This document shows, in pieces, positions 38,081 to 51,268 of a stretch of DNA of 64,000 nucleotides. A program made the position numbers and the translations under genes. This stretch comes from Stegostoma tigrinum (taxonomy: Eukaryota): the NCBI RefSeq assembly GCF_030684315.1, contig NC_081369.1, forward strand, positions 2,780,689-2,844,688. The letters are read 5' to 3'. Numbering within the stretch: the stretch's first letter is position 1; every line of letters starts with the position of its first letter. The notes under the pieces are model-generated. The model saw only the letters and a list, made by a program, of their open reading frames with translations. It did not search any database and had not been told where the DNA came from.

Positions 38081-38619
38081 TGAACATACTTCCCTCTGCC
38101 ATTCATTACCTTGGCACATGTGTCCCAAGTTCAGCCAGAGATTGTGGTGATGGTCTTCCCTGGACTCATCTCTCTCCCGGCCTTTTATGTTTGTTGAGTG
38201 GCTCAAGAGGGTGCAAAACAGACTGAGGTTAATGGGAGGCTGGAAAGCTTTAGAGGAATACAGGCCAAATGCAGGCAAATGGGATGAGTTTAGTTTGGGA
38301 AATATGATCAACATGGCTAGGTTGGCCCAAAAGGTCTATTTCTGTGCTGTGTGACTCTCTAACTCTTGATATTCTGAATTCTCCAGAAGAGGCTGACTGC
38401 TTTCTGCTGAAATATCCCACATCTCTGTTGATCTGTTGTTGAGTCAACAACCTGGTGCCTGGGGTTTGTACTTCAGCTGTTTTGATCAATTTTGTGCAGA
38501 TGCTGCTGTTCCTCAAGTTGCTCTAGTAAATTCATGATAGAATTTTCAACATTAGCTCAAAGTAGATTGCACTCATCATTATTTTCTCCAGGAAAAGCTG
38601 GAATTAATCTGTAAATTAA

Positions 38620-40020
38620 AAGCCAAAAGAACTGCGGATGCTGTAAATCAGGAACAGAAACAAAGTTGCTGGAGAAGCTCAGCAGGTCTGGCAGCATCTG
38701 TGAAGTTAAAAATAGAGTTATTGTTTCAGATCCATTGGCCGTTCCTCAGAACTGATGTTGGCTGGGAAATCATCAGTTTATATGCAGAAAATAGGGATGT
38801 GTGTGGGGTAGGGTTTAAAGGATAGAATAGAACCCAAAGAGAGGGAGAGAGAGAGAGACAGTTGGACAGACAAAGGAGTTGATAATGATCAGTCTGGGAG
38901 GGTGAACACTTAATGGGGATTGTTAGTGACTATCAACAGGGCATGTGTGATAGCAGGCTGGGTAGGGGGCAGGGATATGGGAGAGCTTAGGTCCTAACAT
39001 TATTGCACTCAATATTGAGTCCGGAGGGTGATAGGATCCCCAAGTGGACAAAGAGATGTTGTTCCTCCAACTTGCATTGGGCTTTACAGGAACACGGTAG
39101 TAGAGATGTTGGCCAGGGAGCAGGGTGATGCATTGAAGTGGCTGGCAACAGGTAGTTCAGGGTCTTTTTGTGACCAGAACATAAATGTTCTGTGAAGCGG
39201 CCGCCAAGTTTACTCTTCATTTCCCCAAAGTAGAGGAGGCCACACTGTGAGCAGCAAATGCAGTAGATTAAATTCTGGGAAGTGCAGGTGAAGTGTTGCA
39301 TCACCTGAAAGGTATGTTGGGCCCTTGTATACTCGGGAGGGAGGAGGTAAATGAGCAGGTGTTGCACCTTCTCTATTGACAGGGGAAGGTGCCATAGGGC
39401 TGTGGGGAGGTGTTGTGGGTGAAGAAAGTGTGGACCAGGGTGTCCCAGAGGGAATGACCCCTGCATAAGGCGGACAAGGGAGGGGAGGGGAAGATGTTTC
39501 TGGTGGAGGTGTTTCACTGGAGGTGGCTGAAATGGTGTCAGATGATCTTCTGGATGTGGATTCTGGTGGGATGGTAGATGAGGATAAGGGATAAGAGTCC
39601 TGAGGAAGGGTCACTGGACCCGAAGCATTAACTCTGTTTTCTCCTTCACAGATGCTTCCAGACCTGCTGAGCTTTTCCAGGAACTTTGTTTTCGTCCTTG
39701 ATTTACAACATCCACGGCTCTTCTGTTTTTTTTTATTTAGATGATAAGGGAAACCCTATTGCTGCTGTGGGAGAGAAAAGAAGGAGTGAGGGCAGAAGTG
39801 TAGGAGATGGGTTGGGCCTGGTTGAGGGCCCTGTCAACAACAGAGCTAGGGGATCTTCGATTGAGGAAGAAGGTGGACACTTCAGAGGCTCTCTTGTTGA
39901 CGTTGGTTTCTTCTGAACACATGCAACGGAGACGGAAGAACTGAGAGAATGGGATGGAGTCTTTACAGGAAGTGGGGTGTGAGGATGTATAGTCCAGGTA
40001 GCTATGGAAGCCGAAGGAGT
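38620..40020 (-). mobile_element. Penelope-like element (RT C-terminus + GIY-YIG endonuclease + terminal repeat), with a short nested related repeat at ~39597-39735
   Basis: FTCTSQNLIYCICCSQCGLLYFGEMKSKLGGRFTEHL is a PLE-type GIY-YIG domain with its Cys motif; upstream FFLNRRSPSSVVDRAL. Confidence 0.88.
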
Positions 40021-40569
40021 GGGTAAAGGTCAGTTTGAGGAAATGAATGGCTGCTCATGGGGACCATTTGTGGCTGATAACTGGTAGTGTTCGATAGCAG
40101 CCAATGGGATAAAAAGGCCTGATGTGTGGGGTTAGGGGAATGCATGGGTTAAGGTGCTCAAGCTCTAAAAATGTTGAACCCATCTTGAAGAAATTCTGCT
40201 CCTCTCGCCAACCTTCAAGAATGGACTACTTCCACTTATAATTAGTATGAACATATGCTCATAGTTACAGATTTGTTCGTGGAATGCAATACTTAGAACC
40301 TTCTTTGGCAGGATTTGAAAGCATAGGAGAGCTTGAGAAATACTGGGCAAAGGCAGTGCTGAAGAATGTGAAGTCTAGGTGGACATGAGGGGTCTCAATT
40401 GTTAGAAATGGTTATTGCCTTTGTGTAGCATGTTTGTTATTCGCAAATTATCAACCCAAGTCTGAATGTTGTCCAGTTCTTCCTGCCAATGGATCTGGTC
40501 TGCGTCAATATCAGAGGAGCTCTGATGGTGATGAACATTGTGCAATTATCAGCAAACATGGCCAATTTC

Positions 40570-40900
40570 AGCAGCACAGTGGCTTAGTGGTTAGCACAGC
40601 TGCCTCACAGCACCAGTGGCTTGGGTTTAGTTCCAGCCTTGGGCATCTGTCTATATGGAGGTTGCACATTATCCCACTGTCTCTTTGGGATTCTTCTGGG
40701 TGCTCTTCTTTCCTCTCTCAGTCCAAAGATGTACTGGTTCGGTGGATAGGGCACGTAAATTTGCCTGTCATATCTAGAGGTACATGGACTTGCTGAATTA
40801 GCCATAGGAAATACAGGTAGAGGGTAGGGGGTGGGTTTGGGAGGGACAGTATGCACCTGATGGGCTAAATAGCAGGTTTCCACACTGTAAGGATTATCTT
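40570..40900 (+). mobile_element. HE1-type V-SINE (diverged)
   Basis: gcagcacagtggcttagtggttagcacagctgcctcacagcaccag...cagtccaaagatgt. Confidence 0.85.
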
Positions 40901-42669
40901 CTATGATTGAATTTTGTCTTATAATGGAGCAGTCGAAAGTAATTGAAGTAGAAGTCTACCAAAATAAAACAAAACCAGTCTGACACCAAATGAAAACACA
41001 AACACATTCTAAGCAAGGTCTCACATATAGCATGCATTGCCTGACCTAAAATGTCATCTCTTATTTACACTGATAAAACCTTTAGTTTTGATACTGTGGT
41101 GGCAGCAAGCTTGGTGACATGGATACAAACACTGAGTTGATGTTTAGACTGGTACAATTTGGAAGGCACACGACATGGAATGACTTTGCCAAGTAAGGGG
41201 GTTTATGCATGGGCTGTAACACAAAGGCAGATAAGTCAATTGTTTTTGACTCGATGAAATTGAGCGAAATTTTTATTTTTATTTTTGAATTGCTCACTTC
41301 TTATCCTGCAAGCATTCTCTTTTGGTTTACATTGTTTTTGCTTTGTCATTTTACTCTGCTTCTTTCTTATCCTGTAACTAATAATTCTTGGTTGCTGTTT
41401 GTTGGTAAGTATTAAAATGCTTCTTTGTGCCACCCACCAAGGTTGTGTTCAATATCATTGCAAGAACCTTAGCTCTTTCCTGGCTTTCAGTCATTTTGCA
41501 ACGGGACTGCCTCTTACAATATGTGGAGATTATTAGCTTTTTATTTATGTTTTGCATTGTGATTTTTGAACAACTGCAGATTTCTTTTTTTGTGTGGCAA
41601 TTATCATTTAACAATTCCAGAATGGTACACAGACATTCAGAAAAAGTTATATGTTCTGTCTCTCAGGCATCAAACTTGGAATAACAGAAGAAACTGAAAA
41701 TGCTAACATGCTTATAGTGTTAGTGATTGGCACAGTTGTTTGGAGCCTATACAATCTGAGATTTGTATATAAATAATGCCTGAGGTTAATGGAAAATAAA
41801 TTTGCCATTGGGCAGTCTTAACTGCGTGCATGTTCTGTCAGATTCCCTATGAAAAGGCACAGTGATATGTGATTCCAAGTTCACAAATCACACAAACATT
41901 ACAAAGCTTAAGTATCAAATACTTATATTCCAATGACGTGGGTAGGTGAAAGTGAACAAATAATGCGTTTTATGTGAGTGCCTTTTGAGTGACCGTCTAG
42001 AGTACTGTGCTTCAAAGGAGTTATATATCGCCCTTTGAGATCTACAGGATGGGTTGTACAGTTTGCATTACAAGGGCATGTTCCGTCAACATGGTGTGAA
42101 TTTCATCAATTTTGTGGCTTAATTGGTGAGACCAATAAATATGTTCATAATAAAGAAAGGAACTTGAGGACCAGATGCAGGTAAACTGTTTAGCTGGTTG
42201 GGAAATTCTCCAGAATGGACCTAAGTCAGAGTGAAATCCCAATTTACTTTGTGGCTCGGACACGATAAATTTGATTAATTGAATAGGTCATAATAATAGC
42301 AATTTACTTTAATTCAGGTGTGGAATCTGCAGATCTGGATCAAAGGTGACTAATTTAACTTGTTGCACTAATCAGCCTTGAATTTTTGAGTGATTGCAAC
42401 ATAAAGGACTGACAGTGTGGGTTTGAAATGCTGAATGGCCTGCTTTGTTTCTAATGTCTCATGAACTTTTAAAAAGGATGAGATAGGTTCGGTCTTTAAC
42501 CATCAGAAGAAAAGGAAAGTAAATTTTGATGGGGATATATCCGCGAGACTTCTCAGGCTCTGACTAGTTTAGTCAGACATGGGTTACTTACTTCAATTAC
42601 TGTTTGATGTCTAGCTTCATTGCAGACATTTGAAATTACTTTTGCCATTGTAATTTTCTAACAAGCTCA

Positions 42670-44040
42670 CAAGAGATAAGAACAGGAGTAGGCTGTTCGG
42701 ATCCCACAGCCAGCTTTGCCATTCAATAGTTGCATGGCTGAACCAACCTTCCTCCCCTTTCCCCTAGACACTTCATTGCCATCCTAATGAAGAATCTTTC
42801 TATCTCAACCTTAAATATCCACAAGGACTCTGCCCCAACGTCTCTCCATGGGAAGGGGTTCCAAAGATTCACAACCTGCTGACAGAAGAAATTCCTCCTC
42901 AATTCAATTTAAATTGGAACTCTTTATTCTGAGACTGTGTCTGGTCGGAGACTTTCATATGAAGAGAAACACCCTCTTAGCCTTTACTTTGCCAAACCCT
43001 TTAAGAATCTTCCCTGTTTCAATGTCATTCCCCTCTCATTCTTCTAAGCTCCAGTCTGTGGAATCTCAACAAGTTTTGCCTTTCCTCTCCATCCTTCCAT
43101 CCTGTGGATCATCCTTGTGAACATTCTCTGAGATACCTTTCATAAAATGATAGATTACCTTAAATAACAGGACCAAAACAGCGCATAGTGGTCCAGATGT
43201 GGCCTCACCATTTTGTACATTTGCAGTAACACTTCCCTACTCTTATACTGCAACACCCTTGAAATAAAGGCCAACATTCCATTACCTGTTGTAAATGCAT
43301 GTCAGTTTTCTGTATTTCATGCAGAATTCTCCCCAAGTACCTTTGAGTTGCAGCTTTCTGCATCTTTTCTCATTTAAATAATAGTGTTCTTTGTTCTCCT
43401 TTCCAAAATGAACAACTTCACACATTTTCCCACATGATATTCTATTTACCAACTTTTTGCCTCCTTGCATGATCTGTCAATATCTCTCTGCAGATTGTTT
43501 CTATCCTTGTCACAAAATGTCTTTCCATTTATTTTTGTTCTATCTGCATATTGAGCTACAGGACTTTTGAGCCATGAATGAATATTGCAATCAGTTGTGA
43601 TGCCAGTACAGATCCCTTTGGAACCCCACTCATCACAGGTCACCAAACTGAAAAAAAATTCCCATACCAACTCTATGATTCCTGCTCATAAACCAATACT
43701 TCATACCATTATACTACCACCAATAACATGGGCTCTTATCTTATAGCTGAAACTTTTTTTGATGTAAATCGTTGAAAGTCTTCTGGAAGCCCAAATACAA
43801 CGCATCCACTGGTTCCCCTCAATCCACTCTGGTTGAAACTGCCTCAAAAAACTCAAATAAATTAGTCAGCTGTGATTTGCTTTTCATGAAGCCATGTTGA
43901 CTCTTCATAATAGATGATGACTTTCCAAATATTCTGCTGGTACTTACTTCCTCTACAATTTATTCCAATATATTTCCACCAACAGCTGTTAAATTTTTTG
44001 GCCTATAGTTGCCACTTTTGCCTCCCTTCTTTTTTTAAAT
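42670..44040 (-). mobile_element. Old CR1 LINE 3' half
   Basis: YADRTKING and NLQRDIDRS; 3' tail cacaagagataagaacaggagtaggc on +. Confidence 0.8.
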
Positions 44041-45139
44041 AATGCTGAATTGCAGTCTCCTTTTAGCCTTTCCACATTCTTCCTGCCTGTCCTCACTTGC
44101 CTGGAAAAGATCATGTCTGGAGGTTTGCTTTATTCTTTTATGACCTGCAGGTAAGGCTGCTTGGGCAAGAATTTATTAACCATCTCAAGATTCTGTTAAA
44201 TTGAATGGTTTATGAGGCTTGATTTTTAAGTGGCAGTTGGTAGCCAAATACATTGCCATGCGTCTGGAGTCACCTGTAGGCCAGGTCTGGTACAGATGGC
44301 AAATTTACTTTCCGAAGGGACATTGGTAAAGCAGATTTGTTGTGTGGTCACAATTAGGTTAACATTTTAATTCCTGATTTTTGTAACTGAATTCAAATTT
44401 CACCGGGTCCCATGGTGGGATACAAAACAATATCCTCAGATTATAAACTGGAATTTTTGATTACTAATCAATCCAGGTTTGTACTTTGGACAATTCTGTA
44501 TACTCACTTAAAGTGGGTGAAAATTGGATTCTGCATTGTTCATGTGAGGTCCCTGCATTGAAGGAGCTGTTTAATCAGGAAGGCTTATGCAGATTGGACC
44601 ATTGTCATTGGAGTTATCAACAATGGGAGCAGATTATTTTGAAATAGCTGAGCAGATTTGATAGGGTATAGACCAGAAAGATATTTTCGCATGTGCTTAA
44701 GTCTAGAACAGTGGGTTGGAAGATTTACAGAAAAGGACTCACCTATGTAACACTGAATTTTAAAAAAAGTTATTCTTTCAGCAGGTCATTTGACTGTAAC
44801 ATTCTTTTCCCCAGCAGCCAATTGTATTTAGACCATAGAATAAATATAATCAGCAGATGTTTGATGGACAGTAGAGTCAAAGGCTACAAGATGTGGGTAC
44901 AGGGTGAAGTGCAGTGTGTTGTAGGTCAGAAATTTTGGTTAATGCCACGATAATCTGAATGCATGTTGGAGAATGTTCAAGGGGCTCGGTTGTCTACCAC
45001 TTCTCCTTGTCGTGATTTTCTCATAGTTACTCAGGAAATACTTAATAGTTTCAGTTTGCTCCCAAGCAAAGTAGTTCAGATGATGACAATTAGTCTATTT
45101 CAGAAGGAGCTATATAAGTCCACGTGTTGCCAAACAAAG

Positions 45140-46245
45140 AGACATTAGGATGCAGGTTTGTGGTTCCTTCAAAGTGGATTCATGAGTAGACAGAATAGTG
45201 ATGAAGCCATTTGGTATGCATGCCTTTACTAGCTAGTGCACTGAGTACAGGAGTTAGCAGATCATGCTGCGGCTCGACAGAGCATTGATCATGCCACTTT
45301 TAGAATACTGCATTCAATTTGAGTTTCCCTGCTCATGGAAAGATGCTGCAAACATTAAAGTGTTCAGAAAAGATTTATAGAAATGTCACCAGGGTTGCCT
45401 GGATTGAGCTGTAGGGAATGGCTGAATAGGCTGGATCTAGAAGTGCATTCCATGGACCATCAGAGGATAGGGGGGTGGGGTAATCTTACAGATGTTTATA
45501 AAATTATGAGGGTCTTGGCTAGAGTGAATACCCAAGGTCTTCTCCCAGGGTAGGGGAGTCAAATTTCTTTATCCTTTAATCGTTGAGAGGACGAGGGTGT
45601 CACTGGCTAGGCCACAATTTATTGCCAATCCCTAATTACCCAGAGGGCAGTTCAGAGTTAACCACATTGCTGTGGGTCTGGAGTCACATGTAGGCCAGAC
45701 CAAGTAAGGATGGCTGTTTCATTCCTCGAAGGGTATTAGTGAACCAGATGGGTTTATTCCAACAATTGGCAATGGATTCATGGTCACCATTAGTTTCTTA
45801 ATTCCAGATATTTATTGAATTAAATTCCACCATCTGCCACGACGGGAAACAAACCCGGGTCCCCAGAACATTACCCAGGTCTCTTGATTAACAGTCCAGT
45901 GATAAGACCACAAGGGTATTGACACCCAGCCCCTCACCTCTGCTACTACCACCATTCAAGGCAGAAGTTTAAGGTGAGAGAGGAAGGTTTAAAAGGGAAC
46001 TTACAGTCATTTTTTTTCTTGCAGAAGGTGGTGCATATCTATAGTAAGCTATCAGAGGAGGTGCTGAAGTCTGGTTCAACAACAGCATTTCAAACACCAT
46101 CTAGATGGATACATCAATATGAAAGGTTAAGAGGACATGCTCCGAATGCTGGCAAAGGAACCACATCAGTTGAGGATATTCTGGTCAGCATGAACAAGTT
46201 GGACTGAAGAGTGTGTTTCTATGTTGTACACCTCTATGACTATTA
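45140..46245 (+). mobile_element. CR1 3' fragment split by a Deu-domain SINE (45565-45910, -)
   Basis: CR1 RT-end sequence lies either side. The insert contains ccagagggcagttcagagttaaccacattgctgtgggtctggagtcacatgtaggccagacca. Confidence 0.75.
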
Positions 46246-47770
46246 GGGAATGCTGATAGGATCATTTGAAGAATGTTGAGAGCATTTTCTTAAAGAACAT
46301 AATGCTGTCAGGGATGACTCAAGTTGATTGAACTGCCATGCACTGCTCTTACTGTATAAATATGCTATATTTTATAATGCTGCAGAACTGACCCAATTAA
46401 CCAGCCTCATCTACTCTTAACTGAACAAACAAACGCACCTCACATTTCAGTGGACCAACTTTAAAACTTTGATGAATACTGTATTGCGTTGTGTCTTTTG
46501 AATAAATGTTGATTTCAAAGTGCTTATGACTAACCAACAATGTACAGATAGTTTCCATAAGTCATGAGCCATTTGTGACCAGTTCATTGCTGGACATTAG
46601 ACTTTGGATTCTTCATTTGGTTTGTTTAGCTTGATCTTTGCATATTCCATTCCCATTTTCTTACTGTTGCTTTTCTCACTTTTCACGCTCAAGTGTCAGT
46701 TTAATGTCACCACTTTGTTTAGTCTGAGGGAGTAACAATAAAAGATCAGTTGCACCTTACCTTCAAATGATTTGTTCCATTTTGTCAATATACATCTTTG
46801 AGATTAGACACTTGTACCTGGGCCCTCCTGGATGACAGACTCATACCAAGGCATAGATGGAGGGCTCTTCTACATGCCTGGATTTTGGAGTTTTCCTGTG
46901 CTTACCAAAACTGAGAGCTGCATTGGAAGGACTATTCACTTCTCTTCCATTCCTTGCCCGATGACAGATTTTTGAGAATTTTTTTTTGTGCACCACATGG
47001 AAAAAACACCATGCAGTACACAAGAGCCAATTCAGTCAGTCCTCACAAAGACAGATGAATAGAGCAGGGTAGATAGTAACTTTAACTCAGAAATACTCAT
47101 GGTCTGTTCTGTCATGAGCAAAAATAGTACTGCTAACTCAGAGAGTCATTGTAATTATGGTACCAATATACAGCATATTTCAATTTCTGTTTGGTGGGAA
47201 TGGAACTAACTTGCCCCTTCAACTGACCTGGTATGTCTTCGAAAATCTCTGTTCCTGTTGGAGAATGAAACTAATGCGAACAATAAAAGCAATCATGGTC
47301 ATGAGACATGACAAGCTCACCAAAAGTTACATAATATTGGAACAAAGTGACCAGATTCAAAATCAGTTGAAAATAACATTGAGTTTTACTTATGGATTCG
47401 ATATGGTCTTAGGTTCAATATATTCTTTTGCAATGCACATTTCACACTTTCTCACCCGGATTTGCCTGCTGCCTTGTTGCAGGATTAAAGATATTTAATT
47501 TACAGCATTCACACCATCCCCTTCAGTTTTTGCAGAGAGCAAAGGCATGGTTCACCTTAATACTGAGATGTTGACAAATTGTTCTGAAGGGCTCATTTTC
47601 GGACGTTGCCCATTTTGAATACTGAGACCCAGGAGGCCAACTGTTTTTACAAGTATCTGCATTGCTCTGAATATCTAGATCTAAGGCTGGACTGTACGCG
47701 TTCTCTGCTACAACATGCAACAATGAGTGGACCAAACAAAACAATTGAACACGATTGTATCAGTATTTAC

Positions 47771-47883
47771 CGACAGTTTTGCCTGAAGTGCATTGCTTGA
47801 TGAGAATTACAGCAATTAGAGTTATTAAACTGTCCACAACACATCTAGACACCAAGATGAGAAAAAGTTGTTTTCACTGCTGC
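47771..47883 (-). pseudogene. Frameshifted TM exon of pseudogene B
   Basis: Acceptor ctgctag|, donor G|gtaaat, 113 nt (not a multiple of 3). Reads GSSENNF/fs/ILVSRCVVDSLITLIAVILIKQCTSGKTV. Confidence 0.75.
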
Positions 47884-49295
47884 CTAGCAGATCCGGTAAA
47901 AGTAGTATGTTTGCGTCTTGCATAAGTGATTAAGCAAAATCACAATAAAAAGTCAGGACAAAAACTAGGACATGCTTTCTTATGGAGGGTGCAATGCGCA
48001 CTTCATGATATCTTTCAACGTGATGCATAATCGGGTAAATTTTCTACTGAAAAACTGTGACTGATAATAAGTCACACATGCATTATCAGTTCTGAATAAG
48101 TTTAAACTGTTAATCAATTTCATAGTACATATCTGATTATATTGCGACTGGGCTTGATGTGTATTTGTGTGCAATATCCCCAAGTATCATCATGCAGTGC
48201 AACTTCTATGAAATGTAATTGAATGGCTTTGCGCAAATTACAGAAAAGTAATTAAACAGAAATACAATAAAGAGTGGAGAAATTAGATCATTTTGAAAAC
48301 AGTGACCATCAGGCAGAGCAGGCAGGTCTCCGCTTCCTTTTAGGATCTAGGTAGTCTTTTGCACAGAGGCCGACAACCCTAAAGTGGTACAAAAATTCAT
48401 AAATAAAACTATGCAGGAGAAAATCGATTGACTTTAATGAATGGAATTGGATAGTTAAAAAAATAAGCTACACGTACACAGTCTGGCACCTTCATTGTGT
48501 AATTCACATCTCCTGGAGTTCATCCATTTCAAATGTTGAAATCACAACAATTATGGAGTTTCTTACCTGTGAATGTTCTTACGACGTTTTCTCACCAAGA
48601 TACCAATCTGGGTTACAGTGCCGAGAAGGGCACTTACCAATAATGGAGGAGTAGGGCCTTTTTTTTAATAGATTTGACCATGCAATCACCAGTATTCAAA
48701 CTGCTGTCACAGTCCCACGATTGTAGATGTTTAATTTTCTGCATGCAATCACATCAGTTTTTCTTACTGTTAGTTAGCTCATTCAGTTTATACCCCAACA
48801 CACCAGTCGATCCCTATCATTAGCCCTGTTTACTTCAATCACACTGCCAAAGTAAACCTTATGCAACCTCTCAACTGTGAATCGCATCAAAATCGAACTA
48901 AAACCTTGATCACTTTGTTCCGCAACAATTCTTAGACCTGCACAGATTCATGCTTCATAAGGATTCATGCAAAAATCTCAATGTAGAAAGTCCATAGAAG
49001 CTGTGAAATGAAGTGAGATTGATGGCGGCAATAGATCCAAATTATCGCTGTTCTTCACGGTAACTCATGACATGAGAATGAAATCGTTTTGCTACGAAAT
49101 TTATAGTCTGCGTTCTACGTCACATCATTAAATTTGCAGAGTGATATTATGTCACGTCCTGAGCCAAAAAATCAAAAGTTATGAAAGACAAGTCGCGCTT
49201 TTCAGTATCATTATTTAAAATTGCCCTTATAGGCCACAGGACACCACACCAAAATAGGAACCGGGAAACAGTTTTAAAAGTTCACATTTTTTTAC

Positions 49296-49567
49296 CCTGA
49301 ATCGTGTAACTGACACGAGCCGGGAGCTTGAATGCTGTGTGGAAAATCTGACAGGCGTAAACCGATCCTGCTCTCCACATGATCGAGAAAGCTGGAAACT
49401 ATAACATTCGCCCCTCTTTCCATGCTTGCGTCAATTTCAGATGTAAACAGGATAACATTAATATACCAAATTAGATGAATTTCCCCTGAGAAAAAATGGA
49501 GCCGTTGTGCTGAGGAAAGTGACGGGCCGAACGGACAGATGACTAATCTTCACTGAAGTTGGTGGCA
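49296..49567 (-). pseudogene. Degenerate C1-set exon of pseudogene B
   Basis: ag|VPPTSVKISHLSVRPVTFLSTTAPFF/fs/SGEIHLIWYIN..IVSSFLDHVES/fs/GSVYACQIFHTAFKLPARVSYTIQG|gtaaaa. The first Cys is changed to Ser and there are two frameshifts. The N-terminus is near-identical to gene 1 VPPTPVKITH. Confidence 0.88.
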
Positions 49568-49739
49568 CTTTGAACACATTGATTGAAATATGTGTTAAAA
49601 CGCTATTAGTACATTACAAAAGCAAAATAAATAGCGAGTATCTTCGAGGAATAGAGATGAGATAACAATAAGAGTATTTCTTTCGTTTGGAAACACCAGT
49701 AAGCAAAATAAATTCACCAAGACGCCTGAGACAGCAGCT

Positions 49740-50045
49740 TGCAATCATAAGACAGCTTATCCACCCAGAAAGACAAAGGTAGCACATACATAGGAGCACC
49801 ATCATCTTCACATTCTCCTCCAAGCCACTCGCCATCCTGATTTTGAAAATATACCACAGTTCACTCAGTGTCACTGAGTCAAAATCCTGCAATTCCCTCT
49901 CCAATGGCATTGTGGATCTGAATGTACTGAATGGACTGCGCAGCTCAAGAAGTCGGTTTCTCATCACTTTCTCTAGGGCAGTTACGGGGCAGGAGTAATA
50001 AACGCTGGCTCAGTTAGCGACCAGCACTTTCCATGAATGAATAAT
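49740..50045 (+). mobile_element. LINE 3'-end fragment (CR1/L2-like) inserted in pseudogene B
   Basis: gtcaaaatcctgcaattccctc...ggactgcgcagctcaagaag...aataaacgctggc...atgaatgaataataaaaa tail. Related fragments occur at ~7130-7305. Confidence 0.55.
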
Positions 50046-51213
50046 AAAAAATTAAAACATCAGTTGAGCATGGGGATTATACTTTCGATTGTCTTCAACA
50101 AACACTTGTTGATGGAAGCCACCATTAATGGGCTGCAACCGATGAAAGGCTCGGTTAAGCAAAATGTGCCTGTTCGATGTTTTAAAACTCCATGTGAGTC
50201 TTTCATTGTGATGGAAATATTCGGTTCTGTTTGTTCAATCATTAGAAATGTGTCGCTAGCACTTATTGCCCCTCCAATTCTACATTCATATAAACACTAA
50301 CTTAGACCAAGTGATGGCACTGCAATGCGTAATTAATTTGGACAAACACTACGATCATGACAGCAGAATAAAATCAAACATATTCCGTCCGGCTGGGGGG
50401 AATCTGTAGAAAACAATGCCTCCCAGGACAAACTGAATCAATATATTTCTGAGTTAAATACGCATTGTGATAGTAGTGCACGCTGTGTGTAAATAAAACA
50501 TTTGTTAAAATTAAACCAGCATAAGTAAAACAGCTAGTCGGTCAATGACCAGAACAACAATTGATCCAGTAATCTGTATTTTCGAAGATCAGTGGTCAAC
50601 ATTCCTGGTGTACGTAGTGAATTTCTGAAGCTCTATCCCAATTTTAGGCTGTGTTGAAAGAAAATGAGAAATTATTTTGGCTCTTCTCTCAGCCTCTGAC
50701 ATCGCTGAGGATTGATTTCTGAGTGCTTTATGTGTTGTTTCATTTCCTTTCCAGTTGCATTTCCGTCAGTTAAGAGTGAAAGGCACATTTTCAGTTCAAT
50801 TTCAAGGCCTTTTGGTCCAATCTCACATCATTTTCTGAGTTACTTAATCGTTTCTCTCGAGGCTTCTTCTGACTTGGTCTTGACTTTCATGTTTGACCTT
50901 AAAATGCTTGGCGAATCTGTGGCACAGCATTTTAACACAAAGAATTAAACGCACATTTTGCCAGCAGGTCTTTGAAAGAGCTCACACTGATTCTAACAAA
51001 CAGAATTTCGTGTTCTTTAATCGAAACTCTAACAAAGAGGCGAGTTGACAGCTTGCATTTTTTTTGTTCATTCACGGGATGTGGGTGTCGCTGACCAGGC
51101 CCAGCTGCACACCGTGTTATCTCAGATGCTCCAGCATCGGCAGTTCCCACTATCTCTGCAACAGTTGTTACTCACTTTGTGTCTTTTTATCCGACAGGTT
51201 TTGGTTTGTGTAC

Positions 51214-51268
51214 CTGTGTAAATAATGCCCAAGACTGAAACGTATGAGGCACTTTCAAGTACAGACAT
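51214..51268 (-). pseudogene. Leader exon of pseudogene B: MSVLESASYVSVLGIIYT
   Basis: 55 nt, phase-1 donor G|gtacac. Upstream context atcgactttggtcaaaATG matches gene 1 atcgagtttgctaaaATG, and it has the same LGI-Y-x-G ending. Confidence 0.75.

Larger units (their letters stand above)
47070..49630. repeat. Right arm of the inverted segmental duplication (partner 605-3120)
   Basis: Reverse-complement colinearity with the left arm throughout (see that entry). Confidence 0.9.

Noticed and set aside
37220-38082. 35-bp array as a CRISPR array or an RSS array (cacagta/cacggta, terminal CACAGTG)
   Set aside because: Units are head-to-tail with no unique spacers, the context is vertebrate, and there are no nonamers at 12/23 spacing.
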